A DNA stretch of 32,000 nt. It comes from Saccharolobus solfataricus. GTDB lineage: Archaea > Thermoproteota > Thermoprotei_A > Sulfolobales > Sulfolobaceae. The stretch is taken from assembly GCF_900079115.1 (NCBI RefSeq), contig NZ_LT549890.1, positions 900,001-932,000 of the forward strand, in the 5' to 3' direction. The notes beneath the pieces were generated by a model that was not told where the DNA came from, made no database searches, and saw only the letters and a program-made list of their open reading frames with translations. This document shows positions 16,604 to 24,286 of this stretch, piece after piece. Every line of letters starts with the position of its first letter. The stretch's first letter is position 1. The position numbers and the translations under genes were made by a program.

Positions 16604-16903
16604 TTAAGTTATGGATAATGTCTGATAGGAATATGAATACCCTGAACCTACTGATACTGAACGAGCCCACCATGGTGTTATATTAAGATTTATTGCTCCT
16701 GCTGCTCCATAATCCACTTGTCCTATCAGGTTTGTGTTAGATGGAATGGGTTGCGCTATGTAGTATCCGATAGTTTCAGGTGATGTAATAAACCATATTG
16801 AATAATAAGCTGCAGCCCATACTTTAACATTACCCCAGTTAGCAGCTACCACATTAACTGGCGGAATACCACCTATTTCTCCAGTTATTTGGAGTTTAGG
16901 CAT
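16604..16903 (-). CDS. Small aromatic/Gly-rich beta-type protein (99 aa from MPKLQITGEIGG...), no recognisable export signal
   Basis: ATG 16903-16901 is preceded by GGAGGT at SD distance and overlaps the upstream stop (tATGccTAA). The upstream part of the track ORF (from 16936) is an alternate-frame reading of the preceding gene. No family recognised. Confidence 0.45.
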   Translation of the reverse strand: MPKLQITGEIGGIPPVNVVAANWGNVKVWAAAYYSIWFITSPETIGYYIAQPIPSNTNLIGQVDYGAAGAINLNITPWWARSVSVGSGYSYSYQTLSIT

Positions 16904-17153
16904 AACTACCTCCGTTAATACTGTAGTTAGTAACAACAGCGAAGTTTACAGCAGTTGTAGGTACAGGTATCGGGCCTACATTATCTGGGCAAACTTCTAT
17001 ACTTTCCGCACCATATGCCGTAGAGCCTATAGCAACACTTCCACTAGACCATGCGAAATAAGGGTTATTCTCAAAAGCTAATGTGATTATAGAGATTATA
17101 GGTACTGTTATAGCTAATAATATTACAGCTTTTAGAACTAACTTTTTCCCCAT
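16896..17153 (-). CDS. Small secreted or membrane-anchored protein (85 aa), first gene of the island operon
   Basis: N-terminus MGKKLVLKAVILLAITVPIISIITLAF is a positive patch followed by a hydrophobic helix. The K-A-V-I-L segment also fits a class III (pilin-type) processing-site pattern. A TATA-like box lies about 27 nt upstream. Confidence 0.5.
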   Translation of the reverse strand: MGKKLVLKAVILLAITVPIISIITLAFENNPYFAWSSGSVAIGSTAYGAESIEVCPDNVGPIPVPTTAVNFAVVTNYSINGGSYA

Positions 17154-17177
17154 TTTATATCACTATATTAAACCATA

Positions 17178-17185
17178 ATTTATAA
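17178..17185 (-). promoter_or_regulatory. TATA-like box (TTATAAAT on the minus strand) for the island operon, consistent with a leaderless transcript
   Basis: atttataa at 17178-17185. Its centre is about 27 nt upstream of ATG 17153. Confidence 0.4.
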
Positions 17186-17465
17186 CTTTTTTTACTCTCA
17201 TAATACTTAGTAAGATAGGTTTAAAGTTAGAAATCTATCCTTATAAATCTAGTTTTGGATATATAGATATTATAGGTAATTTTTATTCCTTGATGTTGTC
17301 GTTAACCTATTTATTTTTCCTATTACGAGTATTTAGGACATAATCAAGTACTCCATTCCCCTATTCTTGGGAAAAACGCTGTTCCTTGAATTTAAAGGTT
17401 AATAACGACACTATGAATCTTTACTGTCTTCTTTCAACTTAACGCGTTTTGACTGCAAAAATTAA

Positions 17466-17771
17466 CGGGTTCCCAATGCTTATAAGCCCGTTTTAGCAAC
17501 CATAATACGGGGCATAAAACTGACGAAAGATAAGACGCGCTATAAATATGGCGACTATATTTTACGTGAGAGAAAAGGGCGGTATTATGTCTATAAGTTG
17601 GAAACGATAAACGGTGAGGTAAAGGAGCGTTACGTTGGTCCTTTAGCTGACGTTGTTGAATCGTATCTGAAGTTGAAAGAAAGTAATGGAATTGGGGGTG
17701 GGGGGTACCCCCCACAATGGGGCCGCCGGGATTTGAACCCGGGACCACCAGCGTTCTGGTGGTTAGGGTAG
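17466..17771 (+). pseudogene. SSV-type integrase N-terminal fragment, Int(N), reading through the att site into the tRNA
   Basis: Hand translation gives ...[83 protein letters not shown]. From memory, the [27 protein letters not shown]...[18 protein letters not shown] block closely resembles the SSV1 integrase N-terminus. The expected ATG position reads CTG (17520). It is absent from the ORF track because it has no usable start. Confidence 0.7.
17715..17756. repeat. Right attachment-site copy, which is the functional 3' exon of tRNA-Pro
   Basis: See the left copy at 14063-14104. Identity between the two copies stops at 17755/17756, 2 nt inside the tRNA intron. Confidence 0.55.
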
Positions 17772-17814
17772 TATCCCCAGGCTGGCATCCTAGTCCAAGC
17801 TAGACTACGGCCCC
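17718..17814 (-). tRNA. tRNA-Pro (anticodon GGG) with a 21-nt canonical-position intron (17754-17774)
   Basis: Hand-folded from GGGGCCGTAGTCTAGCTTGGACTAGGATGCCAGCCTGGGG[ATACTACCCTAACCACCAGAA]CGCTGGTGGTCCCGGGTTCAAATCCCGGCGGCCCCA. Acceptor stem is 7 bp GGGGCCG/CGGCCCC. Anticodon stem is CCAGC/GCTGG with loop CUGGGGC. T arm is CCGGG-TTCAAAT-CCCGG. The D loop has A14, G18G19 and A21. CUGG/CCAG plus 3-nt bulges form a BHB-like motif. No encoded CCA. Confidence 0.85.
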
Positions 17815-17836
17815 TTTAATAAAGATAGAGGGAGGG

Positions 17837-17844
17837 TTTAAAAA
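17837..17844 (-). promoter_or_regulatory. TATA box (TTTTTAAA on the minus strand) for tRNA-Pro
   Basis: tttaaaaa at 17837-17844. Its centre is about 26 nt upstream of the tRNA 5' end at 17814. Confidence 0.45.
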
Positions 17845-18022
17845 TTAACTCGTTTCTAATACTCACATAATACTTTTACTTTCGGTCTACTCTCTCTCCC
17901 TATTTAATACGTTTGTATAACGAGTATCACAGTAGTTTGTGCTATATTAAATGGTGTAAATAGTTGTTAATAGGTGGTCATCAATTCCGATAAAATACGT
18001 TTGCAGGAATTGTGGAACAATA

Positions 18023-18208
18023 TTGCATAAGTTTGAAAAGGTTGGACAAGATTTCTATGGTGTGAGGACTCCCTCAGAGATTAAATCAATATTCGGAGGC
18101 AGATGCCCTAGATGTGGACATGAGTTAGGTATCCCGACTTTAAACGATATAAAGATAAATCTTAAAAAGAAGACAACAAAAGTTATGGTTTTAGAACAAC
18201 TGAGATAA
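18023..18208 (+). CDS. Small zinc-ribbon protein; the true N-terminus is probably upstream of the track start
   Basis: The track ORF starts at TTG 18023 and contains CPRCG. The frame is open upstream to 17960 and there encodes ...IPIKYVCRNCGTIL, which supplies the first CxxC of a CxxC...CxxC ribbon. That extension contains no ATG, GTG or TTG. Confidence 0.5.
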   Translation: MHKFEKVGQDFYGVRTPSEIKSIFGGRCPRCGHELGIPTLNDIKINLKKKTTKVMVLEQLR

Positions 18209-18790
18209 GAGCTGGTCAAAAGTTATTTCAGATTTAGAATACTTGACCCCCAAGTCACGCCTATTTAGATAGTTTGAAAGTAGTTTTGTGACATTTCTGG
18301 GTTTCTCTTTTATTGTCGCAGAATCGTAATCTATAATATACGTTCTGTTATACGAGACTATTACGTTTTTCCATGGTCTACTCAATTCTTTATGCTCTAT
18401 GAGTTTCTCTTCAAGAATTCTAGCTCTTTCTAGTAAATCAATTATTGTTTCTCTTCTCTCATTTTTCATTAAATTTCTCCCATGTATATACTCCATTAAA
18501 ATAAAATTCTTACCGTAATCGTAAACCCTTGGTGCTACTTCCTCTCCGGCTTTGATTTGTAATTTTGCTTCAATTTCTAAGGTTTCTTTAGGAGCATCTG
18601 TTCTCCTTATTTTTAGGACTTTGTATGGTTCAACTAATACTACTATTCCAGTTTTTCCTTTCCCTAATACTTTTAAACTCCCTAAGTTCTTTTGACCAAA
18701 TGAGTACGCGTAATCAAATCCCGCCTTTCTTAGCTCTTCTTCAACTTCTTTAGAATAAGTAGGGTAGATAAAACAGCTTATTTTAACCAA
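18191..18790 (-). CDS. Atypical small protein-kinase-fold protein (Bud32/RIO-like size; HKEL in place of HxD)
   Basis: Gly-rich loop LGKGKTGIV, lysine in YKVLKIRR, hinge ILMEYIHG, catalytic-loop-like [15 protein letters not shown], and IIDYDSA in place of DFG. I place the start at TTG 18790 (MVKISCFIY...). The longer track ORF (to 18961) overlaps the cca coding region in another frame. Confidence 0.55.
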   Translation of the reverse strand: MVKISCFIYPTYSKEVEEELRKAGFDYAYSFGQKNLGSLKVLGKGKTGIVVLVEPYKVLKIRRTDAPKETLEIEAKLQIKAGEEVAPRVYDYGKNFILMEYIHGRNLMKNERRETIIDLLERARILEEKLIEHKELSRPWKNVIVSYNRTYIIDYDSATIKEKPRNVTKLLSNYLNRRDLGVKYSKSEITFDQLLSQLF

Positions 18791-20016
18791 GTTGGAGTTT
18801 TCCTCAAGAATTTCATTATTTGTTGATCTTCCGTGTTTTGTAGCCAATAACTCTCGATATTGTACTTCACCTTTAGAACTATATTCTTTTTGGCTATTGT
18901 CTCTGCATCGTATTCCTTTCTCTCTTTTATAGAGTATAATCTTCCATCTTCTCCAACCCATATATTATCATTTTTCTGAATAAAATCTTCTATAGTTCCT
19001 GAGTAGTATTGTGGTCCAATATTTAGATAATACTGTCCAATGTTCTTACTTTCCAGTTGTACTGCAATAGTGATATTATTGGTATCTCCCCATGCTTGTA
19101 CATCGATTACTCTAAAACCATATTGTTTTAGTGCTCTCTCTATTTTGTTTACACTTCTCTTTATTTGACCCCATACGATATCCTCTGAACTCTTCTCGTC
19201 CAAATTTAACCTTAAAATTAGCACGTCTCCCTTAACTTTTTCCTCTACTTTTTTTGATGGAAAGAAGAACTCTATAGAGGGGTTTTTTAGATAATATTTT
19301 GCGGCAATGGAAAATGTCGCTATATTTTTTAATGACACTGCGGCGGTTACATTTCTTTTAGGGTCTACTGGGTCTGGGATAATTAATGGCTCAGAAAAAA
19401 TTTTCATTGGTTTCGTTAATTCTATTTTTATTGGATGCTTCCATTTTGAGGCCTCTTCTAGAACTTTTCTAAAATTTCCATAATATATAATTAAGAGTTC
19501 TGTTGCATATCCAGAGAATCCTTGTACTTTCAATTCAGCCCCGTAAACGCCTATTCCTTTCATGAACCTTTTAAGTAATCTAACCTCATCTTTTCCTCTT
19601 TCGTCCAAGTGGGAAGTAACGTATTTCGTATGGAATGGTGTTCTATCAACTGCAGTTATTGCCTTATCTCCGCTTTCCACTCTCAAGGCTGGGACTATAT
19701 CTACTTCTACGTTATTTATATTGACTATCACATACGGATGTTCAGCGTATGCTAAAGTATAATCGAGATCTTTTATTCTGTTAATAATATCGTTTAGAGC
19801 GTTTCTTTCTAGATATTCTTTTCCAACATCTTTAGGATAAAATACGAAGACGTCTATATCTGTATCTTGTCTTAGCCAAGTTCCTTTCCTAAATGATCCC
19901 TCGACCTCGAAATCTAATTTATTTAACCTTTCCCTAATGATTTCCAATACTTTTTCTATTCCTTTTTTGTCTTCTTCAGTGGGTTTTATTATCTTCAGTA
20001 CTTCCTCCTCTATCAA
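18778..20016 (-). CDS. cca: CCA-adding enzyme (archaeal class I tRNA nucleotidyltransferase)
   Basis: 412 aa. Pol-beta-type motif [21 protein letters not shown], plus length and overall resemblance to archaeal CCA enzymes. Confidence 0.9.
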   Translation of the reverse strand: MIEEEVLKIIKPTEEDKKGIEKVLEIIRERLNKLDFEVEGSFRKGTWLRQDTDIDVFVFYPKDVGKEYLERNALNDIINRIKDLDYTLAYAEHPYVIVNINNVEVDIVPALRVESGDKAITAVDRTPFHTKYVTSHLDERGKDEVRLLKRFMKGIGVYGAELKVQGFSGYATELLIIYYGNFRKVLEEASKWKHPIKIELTKPMKIFSEPLIIPDPVDPKRNVTAAVSLKNIATFSIAAKYYLKNPSIEFFFPSKKVEEKVKGDVLILRLNLDEKSSEDIVWGQIKRSVNKIERALKQYGFRVIDVQAWGDTNNITIAVQLESKNIGQYYLNIGPQYYSGTIEDFIQKNDNIWVGEDGRLYSIKERKEYDAETIAKKNIVLKVKYNIESYWLQNTEDQQIMKFLRKTPTWLK

Positions 20017-20560
20017 TTGAACTCACTTCAAATAGTTTATCATATATTGGACCTTTTGGAGTTAACGTGCTTTTAAAGAGAACAACATTATTAACTTCAA
20101 AGGTTCCAATATCCACGTTCATATTCTCGTTAATCGTATTTATGAGGTTGCTAATGGAGTTGTAGCTTTTTACCCTGCCTATTGTTAAATGTGGTGAGAA
20201 ATCCTTATCGTCTTCTGGTCTAATTTTTCGCTTTAATAGCTCGTTAAGTATATAAGATCTAATCTGTCTAAGCTGTTGTTGGCCCTCAACGATTCCAACC
20301 CAAACTACTCTTGGTCTTGTTAAATTTGGAAATGCCCCTAAACCTTTTAGTGTAACTTTAAATTTATTGAATTTTAACCCACTCATTGAATCTTTCACTT
20401 CTTCTACTCTATCCTCTCTAACTTCGCCTAGGAATAATAGTGTAATGTGAATGTTATATGGTTCGACCAATTTTATGTCGGCTCCTGCATTTTTTACTAT
20501 CTCGAATATTTCAAGCAGTTTTGGGGATTGCGGTACTTCTATGCCTATAAAGAGCCTCAT
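19976..20560 (-). CDS. thpR: 2H-phosphoesterase: RNA 2',3'-cyclic phosphodiesterase / 2'-5' RNA ligase (LigT/ThpR)
   Basis: Two H-x-T motifs ([12 protein letters not shown] and SPHLTIGRV). About 190 aa. Its 3' end overlaps the cca start by 41 nt. Confidence 0.85.
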   Translation of the reverse strand: MRLFIGIEVPQSPKLLEIFEIVKNAGADIKLVEPYNIHITLLFLGEVREDRVEEVKDSMSGLKFNKFKVTLKGLGAFPNLTRPRVVWVGIVEGQQQLRQIRSYILNELLKRKIRPEDDKDFSPHLTIGRVKSYNSISNLINTINENMNVDIGTFEVNNVVLFKSTLTPKGPIYDKLFEVSSIDRGGSTEDNKTH

Positions 20561-20578
20561 AATTTTTAAACCTCTATA

Positions 20579-21145
20579 ATGAGTTATTTGGTGGTCACAA
20601 TTAAAGTCATTCTAATTACTGGAATGCCAGGATCTGGAAAAAGTGAATTTGCAAAGCTGTTGAAGGAAAGGGGAGCAAAGGTTATAGTGATGAGTGATGT
20701 AGTAAGGAAGAGATACTCCATTGAGGCTAAACCTGGAGAGAGGTTAATGGATTTTGCAAAGAGGTTAAGGGAAATTTATGGAGACGGTGTGGTTGCAAGA
20801 CTTTGTGTTGAGGAATTGGGAACTAGTAACCATGATCTAGTAGTGTTTGATGGCGTGAGGAGTTTGGCAGAAGTTGAGGAGTTTAAAAGGCTTTTAGGTG
20901 ACAGTGTTTACATTGTGGCAGTTCACTCTCCGCCTAAGATAAGATATAAGAGGATGATTGAGAGGTTAAGGAGTGATGACTCTAAGGAGATTTCTGAGTT
21001 GATAAGAAGGGATAGGGAGGAATTGAAATTGGGTATCGGAGAAGTAATAGCTATGGCAGATTATATTATAACTAATGATTCAAACTACGAGGAATTTAAG
21101 AGACGCTGTGAAGAAGTGACAGATAGAGTGTTAAAAAATGGTTAA
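20579..21145 (+). CDS. P-loop nucleotide/nucleoside kinase-like protein (UPF0200 family, CoaE/adenylate-kinase-like fold)
   Basis: Walker [13 protein letters not shown] near the N-terminus; about 185 aa. TATA-like tttttaaa at 20564-20571 suggests the real start is TTG/GTG at 20588/20591 ([11 protein letters not shown]...). Confidence 0.7.
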
Positions 21146-21575
21146 AGTTATGGTAGTCGCAGAGGTTAGACCTTCAGAGGACGTAAATAAGGTTCTTTCA
21201 GCAATTTCAAACTTCTTTGATTTTGAAAAAATGAATACGAGAAAGGAAGGAATTATTGATATTTTAGTTTTAGAAGCTAGAACACTTAAAAGCTTACTAA
21301 AATTTCATAGAGTGTTAAGGAATGAACGAATTTTGGATTCTGCTAGGAAATACTTGATGAAGGGAATAGAGGGTAACACAATAGCTTTTATGATACATAA
21401 ACAAGCTGCAGCAGTTGGTGTTTTAAGCTTCGTCGATAGCGATAAGGAATCTCCTCTTGGAGCAATCAAATTTTATATAGAATACCAAAATCCTAAAGAG
21501 ATAGTCGATTGGTTAGCTCCAAAAACGGCTCATGGAGTACCTCTTTGGGATAACCCCGTTCCTCCAGATGTCTAA
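21138..21575 (+). CDS. UPF0201-family predicted RNA-binding protein
   Basis: 145 aa. 8-nt overlap with the UPF0200 gene. I recall this pairing as conserved in archaea. No catalytic motif visible. Confidence 0.55.
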
Positions 21576-22451
21576 CTACTTAATAGTTATGTAAGATAGG
21601 TCGTCTGGTAAAATGGATTTCGGGAAAATTCTCCTAGCCATTTTTAAATGCTCACTTACGTCCTCATATCTGGGACTTATGTGTGTTAATGCTAACAGTT
21701 TAACTGATGCTTCCAAAGCGATTTTTGCAGCATCTGTTACGTTTGAATGTCCGTACGTATAAGCTGAGGGTTCATCTAAGAATGTTGAATCGTGAATTAA
21801 GATATCGACACCTTTAACAGAGTCTACTACAGATTGACAAGGCATAGTATCTCCAGTATAGGCTACTTTCGATCCTCTCTTTATCACTAAATAGTCCTCA
21901 GGCTTTAATAACTTGCCATTATACTCCACTGTCTTTCCTTCTTTTAATTTTCTTATTACTCTCCAATCTCTTATTTTTTCTTTTTCTAATTTTTCTTCAT
22001 CTATTTTTACTCTATCCTTTTCCATGATTAAATATCCTTGGGACTCTATGGTATGGCAAGTTTTAAATGTAGAAATTGTAATATTCTCGTCATTATAGTT
22101 ATCTATGAACTCTATCTTGAATGAAGGATTGAATTTGGAGTATTCGAAGGATGTGTATAGGAAATCCTTAAGTTTTCTTGGGCCTAGTATATATAATGTC
22201 TCCTTTCTATCTAGAAGACCCATGCTTGCAATCACTCCTAGTAGTCCAAATACGTGATCTCCATGCATGTGAGATATTCCTATGATTTTTATTGAATTTA
22301 TTCCTAACTTATAGTTCATTAACGTATATTGTGTTCCTTCTCCACAGTCTAATAAAATGTTTACTCCCTCTCTCCTTACCAAGAATGCTGGTAATTTTCT
22401 CTTCTTAGAAGGGGAACCTGCTCCCGTACCTAAAAAGAATATTTGAATCAC
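21576..22451 (-). CDS. rnz: Ribonuclease Z (tRNA 3' endonuclease, metallo-beta-lactamase fold)
   Basis: HMHGDH motif (ISHMHGDHVFGL), downstream D and H motifs (AYTGDT, LALTHIS). About 290 aa. Confidence 0.9.
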   Translation of the reverse strand: MIQIFFLGTGAGSPSKKRKLPAFLVRREGVNILLDCGEGTQYTLMNYKLGINSIKIIGISHMHGDHVFGLLGVIASMGLLDRKETLYILGPRKLKDFLYTSFEYSKFNPSFKIEFIDNYNDENITISTFKTCHTIESQGYLIMEKDRVKIDEEKLEKEKIRDWRVIRKLKEGKTVEYNGKLLKPEDYLVIKRGSKVAYTGDTMPCQSVVDSVKGVDILIHDSTFLDEPSAYTYGHSNVTDAAKIALEASVKLLALTHISPRYEDVSEHLKMARRIFPKSILPDDLSYITIK

Positions 22452-23392
22452 TTTTTCTGCACCACGTAAATTGCCCTTGTTAAACTCTTATGTGAGTATA
22501 AGTAATGTAGACCTTTTATAATAAAACTATTTTCCTTTAATTTATCTATAAAATTGAATCGTGAGTCTGTTGCGAAGACCAGAAATCCACCCTTTGTTAA
22601 CGTCTCTGATGCTGAGGAAAAGAATTCCTCATAGAGTTGGGTTAATTCTGCACCCTTATTTTTAGTTGATCTTCCATATGGGGGATCCGTTGCTATTGAC
22701 GTTATTTGGCGAAATGGTAAATTAGTAGCAGAAGAGAATAATAAACTACAATAGTAATTGAAATAATTTAGGTTTATTTTGGTCTTTTGTAACATTGCTT
22801 TATCTAAGTCACTTCCTATACACTCATAGTTCAACCATCTTGCTTCTATTAATATTGATCCAGTACCGACGAAAGGATCAAGTACTTCTTTTTTAGGTCT
22901 AGAGAGGTTTACCAGTAATCTCGAAGTCTCAGGGTTCATTGTTCCAGACTGAGAGAATGGTTTCTTCTCGTGTTCATGGAGACTTTTAGAGTCAATTTGT
23001 CCCTTTATTTTTCCCAATATAATCACTCCGTCAGTTAGTATTATGTCAATTTTCTCGCATTCCTTCGACACTTTTACTCCTCTTTTTATCTCGTAATTTA
23101 TTGCATTCAACTTATCCTTTTGAGAGCCCATTATTACGTCTTCCTTTATCCAGAAACATCCCCCTCTTAGCATCTCATTAATTTTTTTCGGATCATCTGA
23201 GATATACACAAGTTCGCCACTTCTTTTTATTCTAGCCGATCTGTTAGCTATGTCTCCTTTATTTCCTTCGAATATTGCTACCCCAGTGAAATAGTTAATC
23301 TCAGCGTTATCATCGTTAAGCAGAGCTCTCAATTCGGCCAATGACAAAAAATAGTTGTTCCCTTTTAATACGGCATAGGATGTAGTTTTCAT
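22448..23392 (-). CDS. THUMP-domain RNA (guanine-N2) methyltransferase, Trm11/Trm-G10/Trm14 family
   Basis: SAM motif I LDPFVGTGSILIEA and motif IV ATDPPYG, with an N-terminal approximately 150-aa THUMP-sized domain. 4-nt overlaps with rnz and prs. Confidence 0.8.
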   Translation of the reverse strand: MKTTSYAVLKGNNYFLSLAELRALLNDDNAEINYFTGVAIFEGNKGDIANRSARIKRSGELVYISDDPKKINEMLRGGCFWIKEDVIMGSQKDKLNAINYEIKRGVKVSKECEKIDIILTDGVIILGKIKGQIDSKSLHEHEKKPFSQSGTMNPETSRLLVNLSRPKKEVLDPFVGTGSILIEARWLNYECIGSDLDKAMLQKTKINLNYFNYYCSLLFSSATNLPFRQITSIATDPPYGRSTKNKGAELTQLYEEFFSSASETLTKGGFLVFATDSRFNFIDKLKENSFIIKGLHYLYSHKSLTRAIYVVQKK

Positions 23393-24273
23393 AAGCTTAG
23401 TGCTATTGATTGTGAAACGTCTATAGTTATTATATCTTTATCATTTACATTGATGGTATTTGTTCCTATTAACGTTTTTACTCCCACCTCTCTTAATCTC
23501 TCTTTTGCACCTCCTACTAGCAATAGGTGAATTGCTGCTGCTGTAACGCTTTTAGCACCTAATGAATAGGCTAAGCGTGTAGCTTGTACTATGGTGCCCC
23601 CTGTGCTAATTATATCGTCTATTATAACTACATCTTTACCTTTTAGGTTAATATTTGGCGCCTCTTTTATTCTGACTTCACCCGTTGTTCTATCCCTTTC
23701 CTTTTCGATATAAGAGTACGGAGCATTAATTTCCTCAGCGATTTTTCTAGCTCTATCTAATGCTCCTCTATCCGGTGCCAATATGAATGGGTCTTCGATA
23801 ATTTCTTTTATTTTTCTCGCAATTTGATGATAAGGATGGACTATCTTAAGTTCCCCTTTAAAGTACGATAACTCTTCTGGCTTATGTGGTTCTACTACTA
23901 CTAAAGTGTTAACTCCTACTTCGCTCAGTATATGTAAGATTGTTTTTATGCTAATTGCTTCTCCATCTTTGAATCTTCTGTCTTGTCTACTATATGCTAA
24001 GTATGGTACTATAGCAGTCAGTTTTTTAGCTCCTAGATCCCTTATTGTTTCTGCAATTAGAAATAGTTCTATTAGATGTTTATCTTGTGGGTAATCTGTT
24101 GTCTGTACTAATAATACTTCTTCATCTCTTATTGAAGAGGGTACTCTTATGTAAGATTCCCCATCGGGAAATATTTTGTTTTCCACTTTTACTAAAGGTA
24201 TGGATAATATTTTTGATAAGCTTTCGTCTATTCCATTAGTGGCTGATCCACCTATTATTATCATTATTATCAT
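23389..24273 (-). CDS. prs: Ribose-phosphate pyrophosphokinase (PRPP synthetase)
   Basis: PRPP-binding loop VVIIDDIISTGGT, plus YLAYSRQDRR and LAPDRGA blocks. Confidence 0.9.
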   Translation of the reverse strand: MIIMIIIGGSATNGIDESLSKILSIPLVKVENKIFPDGESYIRVPSSIRDEEVLLVQTTDYPQDKHLIELFLIAETIRDLGAKKLTAIVPYLAYSRQDRRFKDGEAISIKTILHILSEVGVNTLVVVEPHKPEELSYFKGELKIVHPYHQIARKIKEIIEDPFILAPDRGALDRARKIAEEINAPYSYIEKERDRTTGEVRIKEAPNINLKGKDVVIIDDIISTGGTIVQATRLAYSLGAKSVTAAAIHLLLVGGAKERLREVGVKTLIGTNTINVNDKDIITIDVSQSIALSL

Positions 24274-24286
24274 CTTTAAGGGGAAG

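Larger units (their letters stand above)
14063..17771. mobile_element. Remnant of an SSV-type (tRNA-targeting, integrase-splitting) integrated element, about 3.7 kb
   Basis: It is bounded by direct copies of the tRNA-Pro 3' exon. An integrase N-terminal fragment reads through the right copy into the tRNA. No intact int(C) is present. The interior looks more AT-rich than the flanks, a visual impression I did not compute. Confidence 0.55.

Noticed and set aside
17434-17748. 104-aa minus-strand ORF ([14 protein letters not shown]...)
   Set aside because: It starts inside the tRNA-Pro gene and runs antisense to the recognisable integrase N-terminal frame. It is an artefact of the GC-rich tRNA/att segment.
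18791-18961. N-terminal 57 codons of the 256-aa track ORF 18191-18961
   Set aside because: This part overlaps the 3' end of the cca coding region in another frame. The kinase-like similarity begins after it, and a TTG at 18790 gives a sensible start.
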